A stretch of DNA of 64,000 bases from the human T2T-CHM13v2.0 reference genome, Homo sapiens, in the NCBI RefSeq assembly GCF_009914755.1, contig NC_060930.1. The stretch is one strand, 5' to 3'. The notes under the pieces are model-generated. The model did no database searches and had not been told where the DNA came from. It saw only the letters and a list, made by a program, of their open reading frames with translations. This document shows positions 54,195-64,000 of this stretch, piece by piece (the first letter of the stretch is position 1; the number at the start of each line of letters is the position of its first letter). Position numbers and translations under genes: made by a program.

Positions 54195-55640
54195 TTAACT
54201 ATTATTTTAAGTTCGGGGTACATGTGCAGTTTTGTTACATAGGTAAACTGTTTCATGGAGGTTTGTTGTACAGATTATTTTGTCAAACAGTTATTAAGCC
54301 TAGTACTTATTAGTTATTTTTCCTGATCCTCTCCCTCTTCCCACCCTCCACCCTCTGATAGGCCCCAGTGTGTGTTGTTTTCCTTTATGAATTCATGTGT
54401 TCTCATAATTTAGCTCCTATTTATAAGTGAGGACAAACAGTATTCGGTTTTCTGTTCCCCCATTAGTTTGCTAGGGATAATGACTTTCAGCTTCATCCAT
54501 GTCTCTGCAAAGGACATGATTTTGTTTCTTTATGGCTGCATAGTATTCCATGGTGTATATGTACCACATTTTATTTATCTAGTCTATCATTGATGGGCAT
54601 TTAGGTTGATTCCATGTCTTTGCTATTGTGAATATGCTGCAATGAACATATACATGCATGTGCCTTTATAATAGAAAGATTTATATTCCTTTGGGTATAT
54701 ACCCAGTAATAAGATTGCTGGGTTGAATGGTATTTCTGTCTTTAGGTCTTTGAAGAATCTCCACACTGTCTTCCCCAATGATGAACAAAACCTCTGAGAA
54801 ATATGGGGTTATGTAAAGAGACCAAATCTATGACTGATTGGTGTCCCTGAAAGAGATGGAGAGAATGGAACCAACTTGGAAAACATAGTTCAGGATATCA
54901 TCCATGAGAACTTCCCCAACCTAGCTAGAGAGGCCAACATTCAAATTCAGGAAATGTACAGAACCCCAATAAGATACTTCACAAGACTTTTATCCCCAAG
55001 ACACACAATTATCAGCTTCCCCAAGGTCAAAATGAAAGAAAAAAATGTTAAAAAATAAAAAATAAAAACAACTAGAGAGAAAGATCAGGTCACCTACAAA
55101 GGGAAGTCCATCAGACTAACAGCAGACCTCTCAGCTAAAACCCTACAAGCAGAAGAGATTGGAGGCCAATATTCAATATTCATAAAGAAAAGAAATTCCA
55201 ACTCAGAGTTTCATAATTGGCCAAATGAAGCCTCATATTGAAGGAGAAATAAGATCCTTTTCAGACGGGCAAATGCTGAGCAAATTCATTACCACCAAAC
55301 CTACCTTACAAGAGCTTCTGAAGGAAGCACTAAATATGAAAAGGAAAGACTGTTACCAGCCACTACAAAAACACACTGAAGTACACAGACCAGTGACACT
55401 ATAAAGCAACCACATAAACAAGTCTGCAAATTAACCAGCTAACATCATGATGACAGGAGCAAATCCACACATATCAATACTAACCTTAAATGTAAATCAG
55501 CTAAATACCCCAATTAAAAGACACAGAGTGACAAGCTGGATAAAGAACCAAGATGTATTGGTGTGCTGTCTTCAAGAGACTCATCTCACATGTAATGACA
55601 CACAGGCTCAAAATAAAGAGATGGAGAAAAATCTACAATG
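54195..55640. mobile_element. L1P: 3' end on minus (54195-54780) joined to ORF1/ORF2 start on plus (54780-55640)
   Basis: ORF1-like 54876-55058; endonuclease start MTGANPHISILTLNVN...CCLQETHL at 55447. Confidence 0.8.
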
Positions 55641-58600
55641 CCTTTTTTCCTTAAAATTTGTTTTTTACATTAATAAATTGATATCATTTTTCAAAATTAG
55701 TATTTGCATGATATATCCTTTCTGTCTTTTACACTCAATCTCTGAAATGACTTTTATGCTTTAGACATATGTCTTGTAAACAGTATAATCTGAATTTGTA
55801 TTTTTGCATTCAATTTGTCAGTCTCTGTCTTTTGATCACAAGTCAAGTCTATTTGCATTTTACTGAAATAAATAACACATATGGACCTTTATATTATCTC
55901 ACATTTTTCATTTCGGTCTTTTCCATGATTTCAATGACTTTTTTCCTGTTAGCCCATTTCTATAACCCATTCTAGCATGTGTATCAGGCTGGGATGGCAG
56001 GTGGATTCATTCTAACCTCTACCTTGAGATGTGTTTTCAGACTCTGTTAAGGTTTACGTTGCTCATTTCTGGCATCCTCCTTCACATAAGAATTACTGAT
56101 CCAGGCCCAGCCATTTGTAGATTTTGAGACATTGTTCTGGCTGTCTGCATATGGCCTGTCTCTGGACTTAACATCCCATGTCCTCACTCAGACTACATAA
56201 CTTTAGACCCACCCTATTACTATGGACTCCCTGTCTATTTGTATTTTTTCAGCAAAACGTCTAAAAGTAATTATCAATATTCTTGAAACATTAACTTGAT
56301 AGATTCTTGTAAAATCACATAATCTATTGAAAATTATATGGGTGCTCTAAACTATACCCCCTGGATAATCTTACCTGTACACAGTTTGAATAGATGTCCT
56401 TTACAGCTAGAATAATGATACTAGTTAAAATCAGAGGACTAATCCATGGGTAGATCATTTCAAAATTTACTCTGAGGCTTAAAAGGAAATATATTTTGTA
56501 AAGCAAGAAAGTATATTTTCCAAGATCCAATTAGCAATGAAGGCATCCTAATAGTATCTGGGATCCTCACATGTGAAAAAAATAAACTAGATTACAAAAG
56601 AGAGGACTTACATACACTTAGTTCTTGCAGGAGGAAAGGAACTATCTAGACGTTGTTATTTTGTTCAAAATAAGTATAAGTACAAAAATCTGTGGTAGTA
56701 AATCTAGTGCACTATTCTTACATGTGACACTAATAACCCAAGGAAAAATAATAAAATATTTCTGCTTCTTTTGAAATGAGCCTGTCATGGCCTGCATGGA
56801 AGTTCACTACTGATAAGCACTTTGTTTCTTTATTCCCTTACTCAGCTTTCCTCTTTTGTAGCTTCATAGCAAGAATCACAACCTAACACTGCATTTTATG
56901 TCTGTTTATTATGTGACTTTTTTTAGTTCCTGCTAGAATTAAAGCTCATAAAGGTAGGGACACATTTGCCTTTTTGACTAAGTTATCTGGAATAGCATGT
57001 AGCACTTAGTAGGAGCTAAATAATTATTTGACAAATAAATGGATACATTCATTGATGAATTTGATGTCCACATAAAGGCTATCTTTATTTAAATAAACCC
57101 GTTATTTCCATGAGTCACTTGCTCCTCCTGCTACATGTAGAGAACTATCATTCAGGATTTCAGTTGAGTTCTAAACAGTTGGATACTTCCACAATCAGGG
57201 ATCTTCAATTTCTCCACTTGGTGTTTTATTCAACAGAAGTGCCTTTGGACATTCACACTTGATCTTCCAAAACCACATCAGCTTCTAGAACAATGCTTCT
57301 AGACAGTTTCTTAGTAACCCCTCAAAGACGTGATTTCACATTTTTATCAATGTATAATTTTATTTAAACTGAAATGACATAATATTACTGTGTCAAATAT
57401 TATAGAGAAAGTTGGCCATCTTTGCATATGCTATTTTCCATTTGAGTTTCTTCTGTGAATTACTGTTCATCTACTTTCCAATATCTCAACTAGGTTATTT
57501 AATCCATTGATTTGAGCAGTACTTTATTTCTTCCTTTGTGTAATATATGTATTGAAATATATCCAAATATACTTCATAACTATGTTGCCCAAATTTTGTA
57601 ATGCATACTAACAAATATCTACCTGTTATATTCATTTTTAAGAAATATACTAAAATGTAATAACTTGTACTTTTCCCATCCCACTTTGCTTTTCTAAGCA
57701 GTATTTATGTATTTCAACTTTTTTTACAGTTTAAATACAATATACTTAGGTGTAGGTTTTCTTTGTTTTTTTTTTTTAAATACAGGGATTACCTACAGAG
57801 GAACTAAACATAGTAATATAATAAAATTGCAAGAAGGATGCCAGAGACATAAAATTGTTGGTGGTCTAAATTATCTGCTTTCAGATAATTAGATAACTGA
57901 TGTCTAAATTAATACCCCACATACACAAAGATACACATATTACCATTAAAAGTCATTGAGCTGGGGATAATGCTAGTGGAGGAAAGGAATGGCATGAAGG
58001 GCTCTTGTTTTCATTAAAATACATCTTTATTGTTTAATCCTCAAACTATATACAGGTATCCTGATAAATTTAAAATACTGATTGCAAAATAAAATTTAAT
58101 TCTTACTGAAATATCAAGAATGCTGCAGATGGTGGCAGAATGCTCAATGTGAAAAAGGATAGTGGCTTGCATTAGAATGACAGCAGCGAAGTTTGTTTTA
58201 AGCATGTAATTTTATAGTACCAATCTCTTATCTGTGAAAGCGTGTAAAAGACTGAGCTCTTCAGTTCTCAAACAAAAGCAGACTTTAACTCCTGCTCCAG
58301 TCATGCTTCTTTGCTTCTCAAACACCCACAACCACATCTCAGATTGCATCATATTTTGAACACATGGAAGGAAGAGTAAGGGAAATAAGAGTGGCTGGGT
58401 TACCACCCTCAAGAAATGCTGATCCCTCAAATCTAGACCTGCCAAGGGGCCAGGAGAGAAGGGAAAGCAGCAGCTCCCTTGAATTTTTAAAGTGCAATGT
58501 CCCCACCTACTGGTGAAGATGACCCAGTTAACATCCCTACAGCTGTCAATGTCTTCCTAGGACATTGACTTCTTCTAGTAGAATCAGTGTGCTTCAGCTC

Positions 58601-58914
58601 AGTTTTACACCAGAAGATAAACAAAATATAAATCCAAGATTTTTGCAGTGCAGTGGAGGTCTCTGAGGGTGTTGCAATGAGAATTTTAAACACAAAGCTA
58701 GTTTTAAAATAACACCATAATTAGCAGCCCCTTTCCCCAGTATCTATCTACTCCTCACAGCTTCTGCTCAGATTGTCTTCTCTCCATTGTCTCTTCCATC
58801 GCCCTGTACAAATCTCCTCTCTTACACTGCATTTCCTGCCCACACCCTGCTTCCCCATGCGTTAAGTTAGCAGCCTTTTTTCCCTCTTGTTGTTTTCTGC
58901 CTTCTGATATTTCA

Positions 58915-59070
<156 letters not shown>

Positions 59071-59954
59071 TCATTGGTCATCTACTTGGTGTCCAGCACT
59101 AGGTTATTCCTAAGTATCACTGAACTTTGTGATAACGCTGAAGATATGTTTGGAAGTTTCAGGAACCAGAAGAAGAACACGATTCAGGATGTTTCTTCTT
59201 GTGACATTTATTTAAATTCTCTGGTTCTTATATTTGAGGTTTGACTGTAGCTGGGGGAGGGTAGGAGAGGGATGGGAAAAAGAAAATGGAAAGATATTCC
59301 CTGGAAAAGAAGATAATTGTCTAAGAATTGTTCATTTTTTCCTTGTCTTGGCACTATGAGACACTGGGATATAATATAAAAGGTAACAGATTTTGAGAAA
59401 AATGCATTTGTCCCGCAGTTGGAGAATTCGTTAAGTTTGTGACCCTCAACAAATCACATATTCTCTGTTAGCCTCAGTCATTTTAACTTTAAAGTTTAGA
59501 TAGCTTCCATTTGGTGGGATTAATATTAAGATGAAATGAAATTTTATATATGAGACCTACTAATTGCATATTCTGACAGAGAGCTACAACACCAAAGCTA
59601 AGCCCTGTTATGTGCTTCCACAGGGGACAAAATAGAGGCTGTGAAAAGTAGATAGTTGAGTAAAGCTCATCGAATTATTTAATCAGCTACTTCCATTCTT
59701 AACCATAAATCTTGCATAACCATTTAGAGGATGCTATCCTGAAAAAGATAATCAGTTTTACAGAGAAGTCTTGGTAGCTCTGAGGCTATTAATAACCCCA
59801 GTTACTACAGTAACAACCGGGAGGTGAAACAGATTAATCAGAGGTAAATAGGTTAAAATAAAGGTTATCGGAGTTCTGGGAAATCTCTATCTATCCCAGA
59901 GAAGAATAATGCATAATGAGTGATAAAATATTTGATTTTAAAAATTTAAATTAC

Positions 59955-61744
59955 CCACAAATGATCTCCCATTCACAATTGCCACAAATAGAATAAAATA
60001 CCTAGGAATATAGCTAACAAGGTAAGTGAAGAACCTCTTCAAGGAAAACTGCAAATCACTCTTCAAAGAAATCAGAGATGACACAAACAAAGTGAAAAAC
60101 ATTCCATACTCATGGATAGGAAGAATCAATATCATGAAAATGGCCATACTACCCAAAGCAATTTATAGATTTAATGCTATTCTTATTAAACTACCATTGA
60201 CATTCTTCAAAGAATTTTTTAAAAACTATTTTAAAATTCACATGGAACCAAAAAAAGAGCTCGAAGAGCCAAGGCAATCCTAAGCAAAAAGAACAAAGCT
60301 GAAGGCATCACATTACCCAACTTCAAACTATACTACAGGGCTACAGTAACTAAAACAGCATGGTACTGGTACAAGAACAGACATATAGACCAATGGAACA
60401 GAATACAGAACCCAGAAATAAGACCACACACCTACTAGCATCTGATATTCAACAAATCTGACAAAAACAAGCAATGGGGAAAGGATTCCCTCTTTAATAA
60501 ATGGTGCTGGGAGAACTGGCTAGCCATATGCAGAAGATTGAAACTGGACCTCTTCCTTACACCATATACAAAAATCAACTCAAGATGGATTAAACACTTA
60601 AATGTAAAACCCAAAACTATAAAGACCCTAGAAGAAAACCTAGGCAATACCATTCAGGACATAGGCATGGGCAAAGACTTCATGATGAAGAAGCCAAAAC
60701 AATTGCAACAAAAGCAAAAATTGACAAATGGGATCTAATTAAAGTAAAGAGCTTCTACACAGCAAAAGAAACTACCAACACAGTAAAAAGACAACCCACA
60801 GAATGGGAGAAAATTTTTCAATCTATGCGTCTGACAAAGATCTACAATTCAGCATCTATAAGGAACTTAAATTTACAAGAAAAAAACCATTAAAAAATGG
60901 GCAAAGGACATGAACACATACTTCTCAAAAGAAAACATACATGTGGCCATGAAACATATGAAAAAAAGCTCAATATCACTGATCATTAGAGAAATGCAAA
61001 CCAAAACCGCAATGAGATACCATCTCACACCAATAAGAATGGTTATCATTAAAAAGTGAAAAAACAACAGATGCTGGAGAGGTTGTGTTGGTGGGAGTGT
61101 AAACTAGTTCAACCATTGTGGAAGACAGTGTGGCAATTCCTCAGAGACCTAGAGACAGAAATACTGTTTGACCCAGCAATCTCATTACTGGGTATATAAC
61201 CAAAAGAATATAATTTACTCTATTATAAAAGACATATGCATGCATATGTTCATTGCAGCACTATTCACAATAGCAAAGACATGGAATCAACCCAAATGCC
61301 CATCAATGGTAGACTAAATAAAGAAAATGTGGTGCATTATGTAGCCATGAAAAGGAATAAGATCATGTTCTTTGCAGGCACATGGATGGAGCTGGAGGCC
61401 ATTATCCTTAGCAAATTAACACAGGAACAGAAAACCAAATATCTTATGTTCTCATTTATAGGTGGGAGCTGAATGATGAGTTCATAGTTCTCATTATAGG
61501 TGGGAGATGAATGATGAGAACACATGGACACATGGAGGGGAACAACACACACTGGGGCCTGTCGGAGGTAGGGGATGGGAGGAGGGAGAGCATCAGGAAG
61601 AATAGCTAACGGATGCTGGGCTTAATAACTAGGTGATGGGATGATCTGTGTAGCAAACCACCATGGCACACATTTACCTATGTAACAAACCTGCACATCC
61701 TGCACATGTACCCCTGAACTTAAAATAAAAGTTGGAAAAAATAT
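59955..61744 (+). mobile_element. 5'-truncated L1PA
   Basis: ORF2 C-terminal fragments (60026, 60538, 61236), 3'UTR and A-rich tail; TSD-like atttaaattac/atttaaactac. Confidence 0.9.
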
Positions 61745-63205
61745 ATTTAAACTACTATTATATTTATCAAAATTATTATACTTATTGGTATAACAGTAAC
61801 AGTTATCTTTTTTAGACCTTAATATGTGCCAGACATATTGTACATTAAAATATATTATCACATGTGCTTTTCTTAACAGACTATGAGGTAATTATTATTA
61901 TCTAAATTTTCAGATAAGGAAAACATCTTTCAGTTTGAGTACCTTGCCCAAGATCACAGCTCATAATTTGTTTTAATGATATACCTTAGATAATCAGTAT
62001 TAAAATTTACATAATACTTCAGTCATTTACACTAATAAGAAAAGTGTTTGAGCAAAATATTAAAAAAACAAAATTACATAATTTCAAATAACACAGCTTT
62101 TATTAACCCATTAAATTCATTACAAGGAACCAGTCTAAGGACTGTTGATTGAATCAAAAGAGTGATGGTGACATTCTCTTTATAATTGTCTTGAAATTAA
62201 TACAAAACACTAATTTATATCACATATTATTCATATGATTTTATTTAACAACATATATTAATTGATTATGTATAAGTGCTTTCAAAATACTTATGATGTT
62301 TGAAAATTAGACACACATTCGTATTTTAATGCCCCAGTTACACCTCTCCCAATGTATTACTGAGTAATCTTTTTAATTTTTATTGCACAAACAGAATCTC
62401 AGGTAAGTCTTTGAATTAATTAATGCTGGTGATTAGCAAATAAACACCCTTTATGTTTCATATGTCATGCACAATTAAGGACCTGAAATTAATTGAGGAG
62501 AATAGAGAACCTGCATTAACGAGACATTCCCTTGCTACCACTGTTGTAAGTATCCAGATAATTTGGGGGTTCATTATAGACATGGAAGAAGTATTTTGTA
62601 TAAGGAGAATCTTCCCATGTATGCCTTTGGTTTTGCTCTCTCCCCATTACCCTTAGTTTTATGATTTTCTCCTTTTTCAAATCTAAAGTGTTCACAGATC
62701 AATCTGAAGAATTCCATATGGATTCAACAGAAATTTACTAAATGCCTAAAATGTGCTAAAGATATAGACAAAATAACTGCCTCTGTTGTGTATGTATATT
62801 TTGGGGGAGGAAATACACTAAAATATTTTTTAATCAAATATTTTACCAGCCATTATGCATCAGTCACTATCTAGGTGCCAGGAATGTTGCATGGAAGGAA
62901 AATGGGCATGGACTCTGACTCATGGGGCTGAGACTGTAGTAGACATGACAAACAGTTGTCTTTTGTTTTCCTATCATGTTAAGATCTGGGAGAGCATTCC
63001 AGGCAAAAGAGAGTGCAAGGCTCTGGAGGACAGTGTGAGCTTCGTGAAAGAATAAGAAGGCCAGTGAGGCTGGAACAGAACGGGTTGGTTGGACAATTAT
63101 AGGAGACAAGATTGGACAAGTACACATGTAAGACATGGTAAGGAGATTTGATTTTATCCTAATGGTAATCAGATCAAATATCTCTACCCTAACACTTCAC
63201 TGTCA

Positions 63206-63709
<504 letters not shown>

Positions 63710-64000
63710 TCCTACATTGGAAGAAAGGAGAAATAACTTCTATTTTTACATTACTAAAGGGGAAAACACGAAATACAAAGCTGTCACCTGGCTTCCGTCA
63801 ACAGTGATCTGATGATGAACGGTGTCCCCTCAGAATATAAAGGTGTTCTTTGAACGTTCACAGGAGCGATACCTAACCCGGATCATAGAGGGTGTTTGTG
63901 TTCAGAGGACACTAAATTTGAGTCTCTGCATGCATCACACAAGTCTTCACCCAAACTACCATTTGCAGGCTCACTTCTTAGCCCCAACCCTACTGAGAAC

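Noticed and set aside
61448-61518. ~39-bp-period tandem duplication in the L1 3' end
   Set aside because: Ordinary slippage in a dead element.

Overview
Human MHC class II region (6p21.3). It contains the 3' remnant of the class II beta pseudogene HLA-DQB3 (minus strand, about 274-4425), the intact HLA-DQA2 gene (plus strand; CDS 14170-19122 in 4 coding exons, 255 aa, plus a 3'UTR exon), the Alu-derived MIR3135B hairpin, an orphan class II beta-2 exon fragment (about 27741-27880) and the intact HLA-DQB2 gene (minus strand; CDS 36211-29179 in 6 exons, 268 aa). DQA2 and DQB2 are convergent and each has an X/Y-box promoter. About 27 kb of transposon-dense intergenic DNA follows (Alu, L1, MER4, MER9, and a two-LTR MaLR carrying a nested HERV-K HML-2 solo LTR). 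I found no new gene system: ORFs outside the HLA exons are repeat-derived or spurious. The most unusual sequence-level signals are a ~240 bp copy of DQB3 intron DNA patched into an L1 with an inverted copy of the same L1 breakpoint nearby, vestigial DQB3 exons 5/6 split by a Tigger1, an array of perfect heat-shock-element units, and a perfect 18-bp-arm palindrome in a MER9 LTR. Repeat family names and comparisons to DQA1/DQB1 come from remembered consensus sequences and need confirmation with RepeatMasker/BLAST.
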